Below are positions 1 to 7,697 of a stretch of DNA of 11,658 bases, one piece after another. Under the pieces are notes generated by a model. It was not told the origin of the DNA and searched no databases. It saw only the letters and a program-made list of their open reading frames with translations. Each line of letters starts with the position of its first letter. Position 1 is the first letter of the stretch. The translations under genes were made by a program, and so were the position numbers. Location: sequence record MK054218.1; one strand, 5' to 3'.

Positions 1-237
<237 letters not shown>

Positions 238-254
238 TTCGCCTCAAGTATTAT

Positions 255-288
255 GGTTGCCAAAACATGTTTATAAGCATTGGCAACC
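255..288 (-). promoter_or_regulatory. Putative int promoter: TATA-like (C)TTATAAA flanked by a 9-bp inverted repeat
   Basis: GGTTGCCAA (255-263) and TTGGCAACC (280-288) enclose the TATA-like element at 270-277, about 33 nt upstream of the int ATG. Confidence 0.55.
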
Positions 289-539
289 CGTTAATTTTTG
301 CCGTGATTTGCGACGAATTGAAAGAAGACGGCAAAAAGTCCTCGGAAGTAATAATATATGATAATCTTGTTTCTAACGCGTTCAAGTGGACTGTACTTTA
401 CGAGAAGGCAATTATTAAGGTTAAGCAGGCAATAGGTAGGGCAATAAGGGGGCCTCAAGATTCCGCAACAATCTACCTAATTGACAAACGTTTCACATAC
501 AAGAACGTAATGGAGAAGATGGGCTTAGAGGTGGCCTAA
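267..539 (+). pseudogene. C-terminal remnant of a Rad3/XPD/DinG-family SF2 helicase
   Basis: AIIKVKQAIGRAIRGPQDSATIYLIDKRF matches the motif VI region of XPD/DinG helicases (QxxGRxIRxxxDxxxxxLxDxRF). No Walker A, DEAH or Fe-S region is present. The ORF-track 5' extension (45-266) is antisense to int. Confidence 0.8.
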
Positions 540-1133
540 ATGGTTGATAGGGAAACGCTTAGGAGGATTGTCCAAGAAAAATTAAAGAAAAATAAAGACG
601 GAAATAATAACTCAGCGACACAAAATAATTCAAAAAATGAAGTGTCGTTTGATAAAAATTCTCCGGAAGTTCAGAAAGGGTATAATGAAAATGTGTCGTT
701 TGTGTCGCCCAATTTAGTAAGCGACACACGAGAAAAATTCAAAAGCGACACAAACGACACAAATTCCTCTATCTCTCCAAATACTTCCGGAGAATTTTTA
801 GCAGAAGAGGAGAAAGAAATTGAAGACGGAAATAATAACTCAGCGACACAAAATAATTCAAAAAATGAAGTGTCGTTTGATAAAAATTCTCCGGAAGTTC
901 AGACAGAGAAAACCCAAAATGTTACGTTTGTTACGCACAATTTAGATGGCGTAACAAGAGAGAAATTCAAAAGCGTAACAAACGTAACAAATCCCCCTAT
1001 CTCTTCCCAAACTTCCGGAGAATTTAGCTCAGAAGAGAGTGAAAAAATTCAAAAAAGAATTAGTTGTATAGGTTCATTTTCGGCTTTTTCTTTTCTTCTT
1101 TCAAAAGCCTTTCAAAAAATTGCCTTAATATAG
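540..1133 (+). CDS. Low-complexity repeat protein (two 76-aa repeats) carrying an iteron-like DNA array; the C-terminal ~25 aa are probably read-through into the antisense of the next gene
   Basis: ATG directly follows the helicase-remnant stop, with RBS GAGGTGG. The protein repeat mirrors a 228-bp DNA duplication. Confidence 0.5.
   Translation: MVDRETLRRIVQEKLKKNKDGNNNSATQNNSKNEVSFDKNSPEVQKGYNENVSFVSPNLVSDTREKFKSDTNDTNSSISPNTSGEFLAEEEKEIEDGNNNSATQNNSKNEVSFDKNSPEVQTEKTQNVTFVTHNLDGVTREKFKSVTNVTNPPISSQTSGEFSSEESEKIQKRISCIGSFSAFSFLLSKAFQKIALI
595..1050 (+). repeat. Tandem 228-bp duplication (595-822 / 823-1050) with nested inverted repeats
   Basis: 595-675 is identical to 823-903 (81 bp). The remaining 147 bp align without gaps, with 39 mismatches by hand count. 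Inverted repeats: 653-670/783-800 (18 bp), 692-708/745-761 (17 bp), 884-898/1011-1025 (15 bp), 920-936/973-989 (17 bp). Confidence 0.97.
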
Positions 1134-1299
1134 GTACTTTTTCGATAGACAGTTCTTCTTCGGGTTCCATGTATTCCGTATTGTTTTCCTCATTAATATT
1201 TTCCTCTTTCACTATGTACGTAAAGCAGACAGTGACCCATACCCCGTTAGCTAGCCTAAATTCACGTGCTTTTTTCGAATAACTAGCTATTCTTCCCAA
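1060..1299 (-). CDS. Hypothetical protein, 79 aa (early/T5-like orientation); start uncertain (TTG)
   Basis: Purine-rich E/K-rich coding strand. It overlaps the tail of an upstream truncated minus-strand frame, as expected in an operon. Confidence 0.55.
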   Translation of the reverse strand: MGRIASYSKKAREFRLANGVWVTVCFTYIVKEENINEENNTEYMEPEEELSIEKVPILRQFFERLLKEEKKKPKMNLYN

Positions 1300-1343
1300 T
1301 CTTCTTCCGCCTCACTCAACTCCTCATCAATACTCAAAGTTTT
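1287..1343 (-). pseudogene. Acidic C-terminal stub of a lost gene (KTLSIDEELSEAEEDWEE*)
   Basis: Short minus-strand frame with coding-like acidic composition and no suitable start. It begins abruptly where the Cas4-like remnant begins on the other strand. Confidence 0.35.
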
Positions 1344-1346
1344 CTA

Positions 1347-1856
1347 ATGAGACATAACGGTAAAATAAAACAGAATTTACAAACTACAATGAAGATGCAC
1401 ATAGGTTCAGGTCTTCATATGCGTTTGCAATCAATACTTAGAAAGCATGGCTTTGAGGTTGAAAAGAGGGTTGAACGGAAGACGGCTTTGGGCTTTAACA
1501 TTGTAGGCAAAGTTGATGTTTATGACAAAGAAGAGAACACAATATACGAGTTGAAGTATACTCATCATGATAAGCTGGATAACGTTAGGCTCAACAACTA
1601 CCTCAGACAACTTAACTATTACATTGAAATGGCTAACGCTATGGCGGGCTATTTAATAATCGTGCATGCAGATGGTAGGGTGGAAGAGATAAAGAGGGAT
1701 TGGAGTGAGACAGACCTAGAGAGAAGGGCTAACGCTTTCGGGATTTCAGTTGAGGAAAACATCTTACCGCCGAGAAAGGCTAAGCCAGATAGCGAATGTA
1801 TGGAATGCCCCTTCTATAGCTTTTGTTGGAGGGATAGGAATGGAGTCAGGCAGTAA
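1347..1856 (+). CDS. Viral Cas4-like RecB/PD-(D/E)XK nuclease, probably N-terminally truncated
   Basis: GxxxH (GSGLH), GKVD, ELK, QLNYY and a C-terminal CMECPFYSFC cluster. The N-terminal fourth Fe-S cysteine is absent, both in the ORF and in the in-frame sequence just upstream. Confidence 0.88.
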   Translation: MRHNGKIKQNLQTTMKMHIGSGLHMRLQSILRKHGFEVEKRVERKTALGFNIVGKVDVYDKEENTIYELKYTHHDKLDNVRLNNYLRQLNYYIEMANAMAGYLIIVHADGRVEEIKRDWSETDLERRANAFGISVEENILPPRKAKPDSECMECPFYSFCWRDRNGVRQ

Positions 1857-2217
1857 AACGCACCTGAGGAGTAACCATAAGGGGATTACGATTCACGTGA
1901 CTTTGGAAGAACTTGAACGCTATCATTCTCTGACGCCGGAACAGAAAAGAATAATTAGGGCTATTGTTAAAGCGTTAATCCATAACCCCCAGTTGTTAGA
2001 TGAAAGCGGTTATCTCTATAAGTTACTGACAAGTAAAGCAGTATCGCCTTACGTTTGTCCCCTTTGCTTAATGCCATTTTCTTCATCAGTTAGTCTGAAG
2101 CAACACATCCGTTATACGGAACACGCAAAGACTTGTCCCATATGCAAAAAGGAGTTTAGAAACACTGATTCAACCCTAGACCATGTTTGCAAAAAACATA
2201 ATATCTGCGTTAGTTAG
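1840..2217 (+). CDS. Tandem C2H2 zinc-finger DNA-binding protein (SSV1 B129 homolog), 125 aa
   Basis: CPLCLMPFSSSVSLKQHIRYTEH and CPICKKEFRNTDSTLDHVCKKH. ATG 1840 follows GGAGGGATAGGA and is preferred over the track start at 1750. Confidence 0.92.
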   Translation: MESGSKTHLRSNHKGITIHVTLEELERYHSLTPEQKRIIRAIVKALIHNPQLLDESGYLYKLLTSKAVSPYVCPLCLMPFSSSVSLKQHIRYTEHAKTCPICKKEFRNTDSTLDHVCKKHNICVS

Positions 2218-2553
2218 GTGATGTTGATGGATAGGCTAAAGGTCTTATGGCTCATCTTCATTTTAGGTAACTTATTTGATTATGGTGCAACACTTCTTTT
2301 TTCCTATCTTGGAGTGCTTTATATGGATCGCAATGTTTTCATAGGATCTAACACAAGTTTCTTAGACGTTCTGATAACCTTAACCGGTGAGAAGTTGTTA
2401 TTATTAAGTGGAGTTTATTGGTTTACTAAGTTATTCGATTATCTAAAAATCAGTAAGTATAAGTGGATGGGCTTATTGCCTTTTGCAATAATAACTATCC
2501 TTATAGTATGTATACTCGTAATAGCCATTTTACTTTTTTACTTAACTTCTTAG
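2218..2553 (+). CDS. Small integral membrane protein (3 predicted TM, DUF5658-like N-L-x-D-x-x-x-T pattern); true start may be ATG 2227
   Basis: Hydrophobic segments and GNLFDYGAT. RBS GGTGA at 2216-2221. Confidence 0.75.
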   Translation: MMLMDRLKVLWLIFILGNLFDYGATLLFSYLGVLYMDRNVFIGSNTSFLDVLITLTGEKLLLLSGVYWFTKLFDYLKISKYKWMGLLPFAIITILIVCILVIAILLFYLTS

Positions 2554-2567
2554 GCCCTTTATAAAGT
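2551..2567 (+). promoter_or_regulatory. BRE/TATA promoter TAGGCCCTTTATAAAGT (T3-like), copy 1 of 3
   Basis: TTTATAAA lies about 25 nt upstream of the leaderless ATG 2591. Identical 17-mer at 4223 and 8188. Confidence 0.88.
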
Positions 2568-2590
2568 TACACTTTCCTTTTTCGCTTACA

Positions 2591-3511
2591 ATGAGGAAGT
2601 ACCTACTAATGGGAGTTTCGCTATTCCTACTATCTCTAATCTTTCTAAACGCATCTGCGCTAACGGCAAGCCAACTAGGTGCAAACTATACGGAAAGTTC
2701 GATCGGTACTAAATTCGTGACTGCTATTGCATATTCTGATGAATATCAAGGCATCGGCCCATGTCCTCCGTATTATGGCTATTGGCCTAACACAATTATC
2801 AGTGCCAATGAGAATATCTATCTGCCAAATAGTTTCACATACTATCCATCTGTTACGGGAACGGATCAGATAATAGTTGGAGTAGGGATAGGTAGTAACG
2901 GAGTTTATATGCCTACCTATCCCGCCTGGAATCTCAACGATCTTCCCAACGAGACAATATACGCCGGGTTCATGTTCACAGTCAAACCTGATAATTCATA
3001 CTCTGTTTCATATATAGCCTTCGGTACTGGTCCAAATCTTTCCTATATAAACATTATTAATGGGAACGTGCCGAAAGGTTCTATAAGCTGGTTATATGTC
3101 CAAGAATACTATAATCAAGGTAAACAAACATTAACAATTACATGGATAGTGCACTATACAAACAATTCACAGTTCACTTATACCACGATACTATCCTATG
3201 TTGTATATTCATGGTCCGCTTTGTCATTTGTGGCTACAAATTCGATTGGTACAAACGAGTTTAACCAATTACCATTCGTAAATGGTGGTTCTGTTAGTTT
3301 CTGGTTCTCATACTTATCTAATGGCCAAATATATGGTGGGCCTGGGACTCCTGCATCGGGGACATCTATTTATGCAGAGGTATATTCATTGTCAAAAACA
3401 TCTTACGCAAACTCTATGCTTTCTAATGTGACTAGCGCAAGTGGAGTTACCGGAAGCTGGTCCTATACATTTTCCTTCTCTGAGAACGGGCAAACTACCT
3501 ACGGGCTATAA
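2591..3511 (+). CDS. Secreted beta-rich S/T/Y/N/G-rich protein, 306 aa (positional analog of SSV1 A291); candidate viral toxin
   Basis: Signal peptide MRKYLLMGVSLFLLSLIFLNASA, several N-x-S/T sequons, no C-terminal membrane anchor, own strong promoter. Confidence 0.8.
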   Translation: MRKYLLMGVSLFLLSLIFLNASALTASQLGANYTESSIGTKFVTAIAYSDEYQGIGPCPPYYGYWPNTIISANENIYLPNSFTYYPSVTGTDQIIVGVGIGSNGVYMPTYPAWNLNDLPNETIYAGFMFTVKPDNSYSVSYIAFGTGPNLSYINIINGNVPKGSISWLYVQEYYNQGKQTLTITWIVHYTNNSQFTYTTILSYVVYSWSALSFVATNSIGTNEFNQLPFVNGGSVSFWFSYLSNGQIYGGPGTPASGTSIYAEVYSLSKTSYANSMLSNVTSASGVTGSWSYTFSFSENGQTTYGL

Positions 3512-3512
3512 A

Positions 3513-3522
3513 AATTTATATG
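3513..3522 (+). promoter_or_regulatory. Putative TATA box (AATTTATATG) for a leaderless transcript of ORF 3545 (Tx-like)
   Basis: TTTATAT at 3515-3521, about 24 nt before ATG 3545. Confidence 0.55.
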
Positions 3523-3544
3523 TTTCAAGGTAATTCTTTTTTTT

Positions 3545-3814
3545 ATGGATAAGAAACTAAAGGCTGAACTATTGTTCTTAATACCTTTTACTTTTTGTTG
3601 GTTTATCCTTTTTTGGGTCTACAGTTATAGTATATTTACCATAATTTTTTTCATACCTTTTATGTCTCTATCTTACATAGGCTTTCTAAGACTCTTAAAG
3701 AACGGATATAAAAACTTCCCTTACTATAGAACTATAATGATAACATTAGGTTTGATTACGACAATATCCACGATAATTGTAATATACATTTTTACTCATC
3801 CTCTTCCAATATGA
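3545..3814 (+). CDS. Small membrane protein, 89 aa, about 3 TM helices
   Basis: Three F/I/L-rich segments separated by basic loops; very AT-rich DNA. Confidence 0.75.
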   Translation: MDKKLKAELLFLIPFTFCWFILFWVYSYSIFTIIFFIPFMSLSYIGFLRLLKNGYKNFPYYRTIMITLGLITTISTIIVIYIFTHPLPI

Positions 3815-3859
3815 TTAATGGTGGTCTAATGTCGGTACTACATATGTGTAAGGAATAGC

Positions 3860-3883
3860 TTTTTTACTTTTTTCTTTTTTTTT
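3860..3883 (+). terminator. Oligo-T tract; putative archaeal terminator or promoter-proximal element
   Basis: TTTTTTACTTTTTTCTTTTTTTTT between ORFs 3545 and 3890. Confidence 0.45.
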
Positions 3884-3889
3884 AAAAAC

Positions 3890-4225
3890 ATGGAATTCCT
3901 TTCACTTCTAATTTTCGTTTCCGGAATAATCGTGGCTTTCTTAACTCTTTATTTCTCACCGGATTTTGGAAGGGTAAAACCAAATAAAAGAAGCCTATCG
4001 ACCATATTTCTATCAATAGCCCTTACGGGAATAGGTTTATGGCTCTATTCCATCGACCATCCAACATATATAGCACAACCATATGAAGGATCGCCAGAAG
4101 GGCTTTATTATGGCCCGTCACCTACTATACATGTTCCCCCACCATGGTACGCTAACTTATGGCCATTCATAATCGCAATAGGCTTAAGTATACTTATAAT
4201 TCCAATGATTAGACCCAAAAATTAG
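3890..4225 (+). CDS. Small membrane protein, 111 aa, 3 TM with a Pro/Tyr-rich loop
   Basis: Hydrophobic segments at the N-terminus, middle and C-terminus; loop QPYEGSPEGLYYGPSPTIHVPPPWY. Confidence 0.78.
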   Translation: MEFLSLLIFVSGIIVAFLTLYFSPDFGRVKPNKRSLSTIFLSIALTGIGLWLYSIDHPTYIAQPYEGSPEGLYYGPSPTIHVPPPWYANLWPFIIAIGLSILIIPMIRPKN

Positions 4226-4239
4226 GCCCTTTATAAAGT
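4223..4239 (+). promoter_or_regulatory. BRE/TATA promoter TAGGCCCTTTATAAAGT for the VP4 operon, copy 2 of 3
   Basis: Identical 17-mer, 22 nt before ATG 4261. Confidence 0.88.
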
Positions 4240-4260
4240 CATTCAATTTTTTATCGCTTA

Positions 4261-6627
4261 ATGAAGTGGGGACTATTATTCGCTATTTTCTTTATATCTC
4301 TTTTTTCTCTCAACTCCTTAGCTTTACTTATTGGAGGAGGGCCTAATAATAGCGGTGCGGGAGTTTATACTCAAACTATAACGGTAAATGGAGGAACAGT
4401 AAGCACGAAAGTTAATGGTTCAACGCTCTCTAATGCACCTTGGCTTAACCCAACTTACGTTTCGATATACAACACTTACTACCTCCAAGTTTTGCCGAAT
4501 CAAGAATATATTAGTAATAACGTATCTCTTTCTCTTTCATCATCACAAATCGCTCTAAACGTCACATGGTTGCTAGCTTCATCTAGCAATACCGGATCCT
4601 ACGGTTCAATCGCCATAGGCTACGGTGTAAATTTCCCTTCAGGCTTTACGACTAGCTATGCACCCGCATTACCTTACGCCTCCGATGGGATTGTGGTTTA
4701 TCTGGAAAAAGGGAGTTTCCCAACGTATAGAATATTTGTATACTTTGACGGTGTGAAACAGTTAAACGTGTCTGTGGGCTCAATCAGTGTTGGGCAACAA
4801 ATAGGTTTAGGGTTCTGGTACTTACCCGCTTCAAACCAACTTTACGTTTATTACTATAACGGTACTCTAAAGACTTTTTCAATAATACCGGGCCTATCGT
4901 TGAATACCGTAAATAGTAATTATGTTATTGACGCTCAGAATATTGGGCCGGGTTTTGGGTACGGTCAGTGGGTGATAATGCGTTATCAATATTTTACACA
5001 AGTTACGGCACAACTGACTATTAGTTATTTCGCATTATCGTATAACATCTATCATTTCTTAATGGCCTATGCGGGTGCGGGGAATCCCGTAAACATTTCA
5101 GGTGCATTATATAGCATATCGGGCATAGTTTCACAGAAAAACTTTACAATAACGGGTATACAACAAGGCTTAGCATACACCTTTAACATTTTAGGGAAGT
5201 CAAACGGATTATATTTACTTTACACGGGGCCAATCGAAGGTAACCCACCAACATGGTACGTAAACGTAACCATAGGGCTTCAAATCGTTACATCTCAAGT
5301 AACGATAAACTACAACCTAACTATACCCGTAATTGTTGAGGGCTATGCACTATATCCTAGCGTCAATTTGCCTAGCGGAACTTATCTAAGCGGGCAAACA
5401 ATCAGTTTTACACTGACCAACTTCGTAGGTTATCCCTCAAATCTAGGTTATTATACTGCAGTATCAGAGCGGGCTAACGTATCAATAAACGGTGTTACGT
5501 ACCCGATACCCTATAGTTTTACGCCTATAGTCCAAGTACCTACTACTTATTACTACACAGTAATCGTAACTGAAGGTCCAATATCAATGATAGATTATAG
5601 TGGTAGTTTCACAGTATTGCCCGCACAGAGTTACCCCGTGTTATTCGTTACTTCTTATCCTAGAATCGGGATATTAGGGCAAACGATAACGATAACGTTC
5701 CAATTCACTTACAATAGTCCCGTCTCGAATGTAACACAATCCGCATTAACGCAAACTACTAGCACTTTCGCATTTACTTATGCATCTATAATAACGTCGT
5801 CATCATTGATACAATTCAAGGCGTATTGGCTTAATGCAAGTGATGGTTTAATAATCATTACGCAAAGTCAGAATTTCTTAATCCCCTTCAACTATGTAGG
5901 GCTAACATGGTACAATAATAGCGTTAATACAGTGCAGATTAACGTTATTAATAACGCGTTACAATTAACGATTAACGGTGGTACGCTTAACATAGCTAAC
6001 TCATCTAAAGTGATAGGCTTAGGCTTCTACTACGGTGCGGGGAAACTTGTACTGAACTGGTTCTTCGTTAGCGGTATCGTTTTACAAAGTGCTACGGCTA
6101 ACCAAGCATATATAATATTGATCGGGACTAACCCATCAACATTGACACAATATGTAACGGGTTACACTAACGCTAGCGGTTTCGGAAACGTAACGCTAAA
6201 ACTATCCTATAGTCCTTATGAGCTTATTGACGTATATTGGTACGGCGTTACATATCAGATACTAAACATTAGCGTTTCAAATACTACTACAGTAAGCAGC
6301 ACCACCACAGTGAATACCACTACTCTTAACTACAACTACACTAAGCCGTTTAGTAATAACATTGCCCCTAACTCCTCACTATATAACTTCTCTCAATACC
6401 AACCATGGGCGGAAATCATCGGGATTGTGGTTACTTTACTTATCGCGTTACTAGGTTGGAAATTCGGCGGTAGTGCGGGTGCATCGGGTGGTGCGGTTAT
6501 GGGGCTAATCGCCACTGCATATTTGGGGCTATTACCATGGTACATCTTTTATGTCTTTGTACTTGGCATAGCGCTACTGTTAGCGAAAACGTTTGTGGAT
6601 AGGTTTATGGGGAGGGAGGAAGAATGA
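4261..6627 (+). CDS. vp4: Virion tail/receptor-binding glycoprotein VP4 (SSV1 C792 homolog), 788 aa
   Basis: Signal peptide, long beta-rich N/T/S/Y body with many sequons, Thr-rich linker, C-terminal TM helices; size and position match. Confidence 0.92.
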   Translation: MKWGLLFAIFFISLFSLNSLALLIGGGPNNSGAGVYTQTITVNGGTVSTKVNGSTLSNAPWLNPTYVSIYNTYYLQVLPNQEYISNNVSLSLSSSQIALNVTWLLASSSNTGSYGSIAIGYGVNFPSGFTTSYAPALPYASDGIVVYLEKGSFPTYRIFVYFDGVKQLNVSVGSISVGQQIGLGFWYLPASNQLYVYYYNGTLKTFSIIPGLSLNTVNSNYVIDAQNIGPGFGYGQWVIMRYQYFTQVTAQLTISYFALSYNIYHFLMAYAGAGNPVNISGALYSISGIVSQKNFTITGIQQGLAYTFNILGKSNGLYLLYTGPIEGNPPTWYVNVTIGLQIVTSQVTINYNLTIPVIVEGYALYPSVNLPSGTYLSGQTISFTLTNFVGYPSNLGYYTAVSERANVSINGVTYPIPYSFTPIVQVPTTYYYTVIVTEGPISMIDYSGSFTVLPAQSYPVLFVTSYPRIGILGQTITITFQFTYNSPVSNVTQSALTQTTSTFAFTYASIITSSSLIQFKAYWLNASDGLIIITQSQNFLIPFNYVGLTWYNNSVNTVQINVINNALQLTINGGTLNIANSSKVIGLGFYYGAGKLVLNWFFVSGIVLQSATANQAYIILIGTNPSTLTQYVTGYTNASGFGNVTLKLSYSPYELIDVYWYGVTYQILNISVSNTTTVSSTTTVNTTTLNYNYTKPFSNNIAPNSSLYNFSQYQPWAEIIGIVVTLLIALLGWKFGGSAGASGGAVMGLIATAYLGLLPWYIFYVFVLGIALLLAKTFVDRFMGREEE

Positions 6628-6866
6628 CGGACGCAATTTCCCTAGCTTTACAAACCGGTTTAGGGCCGGTAATTGCGGTCGTTATTATCATAGGAATGAT
6701 GGGACTAACATACAAGATGGCGGGCAAAGTACCGGCGATTCTTGTAGGTATAGCCTCAACTTTCACCCTAACTTTCATGAATTTCTTACCGCTTTTTTGG
6801 GGCGTTGCGATCATTTTGGGTCTGATAGCCGGGTTAATCTTAGGAGGTGGTAGGGATGGGGACTAA
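6624..6866 (+). CDS. Small membrane protein (SSV1 B78 homolog), 80 aa
   Basis: ATGA overlap with the VP4 stop; hydrophobic; syntenic. Confidence 0.88.
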   Translation: MTDAISLALQTGLGPVIAVVIIIGMMGLTYKMAGKVPAILVGIASTFTLTFMNFLPLFWGVAIILGLIAGLILGGGRDGD

Positions 6867-7356
6867 GCTAATAGTATACGTCCTATTGTTTGACGTCTTT
6901 CTAGCGTTAATGGTAGGTGCTTACGGCGGTATAACGCCACCGTCAATTCCACCGATACCTTCATATAGTTTTGACCAAGCTTTAGCGTCATCAATTGTAT
7001 GGACTGTGGGGTGGCCACCCATTACGTTATGGGGGCCCGTGACACTTATTCCGCCGTTTTCCATTTTAGGGGCTAACTTTCCGGGACTAACTTTACCGGG
7101 TGTAACGATACCGGGTGTAACATTGTTTAGTATATCGTTTTCATGGTTGGCCCCAATCCTTTACCTGATAGGTTGGCTAACGTGGATGTTTCAGACAACC
7201 GATAGTGTTTTAGGGTATCTAATATCTATATTCACTTCTTCTATAGGATTGTTAGCGAATGTACCGACAGTAGGGCCGTTTTTGACGGCTTTCGTTTTGA
7301 TTGTCAATTTCATCCTCATTTGGGAAGTGGTGAAATTGATAAGGGGTGGGCCATGA
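6856..7356 (+). CDS. Membrane protein (SSV1 C166 homolog), 166 aa from ATG 6856
   Basis: [33 protein letters not shown]; Pro-rich region; RBS GGAGGTGG; syntenic. Confidence 0.9.
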   Translation: MGTKLIVYVLLFDVFLALMVGAYGGITPPSIPPIPSYSFDQALASSIVWTVGWPPITLWGPVTLIPPFSILGANFPGLTLPGVTIPGVTLFSISFSWLAPILYLIGWLTWMFQTTDSVLGYLISIFTSSIGLLANVPTVGPFLTAFVLIVNFILIWEVVKLIRGGP

Positions 7357-7697
7357 CTTATAACGCTAATGAGATTAGGGCTAAGATACTAAGGCGTAAA
7401 ATCTTAGAGCTTATTGTGGAAAACTACGTACTCTCTGCTTCTCTCATCTCTCACGCACTGCTTTTGAGCTATGCAACAGTGCTAAGACACCTCAGAATCC
7501 TTAACGAAGAAGGATACATAGAGTTGTACAAAGAAGGTAGGACGTTATATGCTAAAATTAAAGAGAACTCTAAACAAATTCAGATTCTGAATTCAGAACT
7601 GGAGGGGTTTAAAAAGCTTAGCGACAAGCCCCTATTGACCAAGTATGAGCCTAGTACTATTGCAAAGACCAAAGCTAAGAAAGGGCGAAGCAACTAA
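7353..7697 (+). CDS. Winged-helix (ArsR-like) DNA-binding protein (SSV1 B115 homolog), 114 aa
   Basis: RRKILELI...[39 protein letters not shown] wHTH pattern; ATGA overlap with the C166 stop. Confidence 0.9.
   Translation: MTYNANEIRAKILRRKILELIVENYVLSASLISHALLLSYATVLRHLRILNEEGYIELYKEGRTLYAKIKENSKQIQILNSELEGFKKLSDKPLLTKYEPSTIAKTKAKKGRSN
7601..7616 (+). promoter_or_regulatory. Capsid operon promoter (T1/T2-like) embedded in the B115 3' end
   Basis: GGAGGGG-TTTAAAAA (TATA at 7608-7615), about 30 nt upstream of the VP1 ATG. Confidence 0.7.

Noticed and set aside
1064-1282. 72-aa plus-strand ORF
   Set aside because: S/F-rich mirror of the E/K-rich minus-strand ORF 1060..1299.
595-1856. Possible CRISPR array or CRISPR-Cas locus near the Cas4-like gene
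   Set aside because: The repeats are a two-unit 228-bp duplication with inverted arms, not 24-40 bp repeats with unique spacers, and no other cas genes are present.
2591-3511. Thermopsin or glutamic peptidase assignment for the 306-aa protein
   Set aside because: Composition is similar, but I could not identify catalytic motifs by eye.
6593-6853. ORFs 6593..6853 (+) and 6605..6814 (-)
   Set aside because: Alternative-frame and antisense shadows of the B78 homolog.
7081-7125. Three 15-nt tandem units (CCGGG-N-TAAC) in C166
   Set aside because: Explained by the protein pentapeptide repeat PG(L/V)T(L/I).
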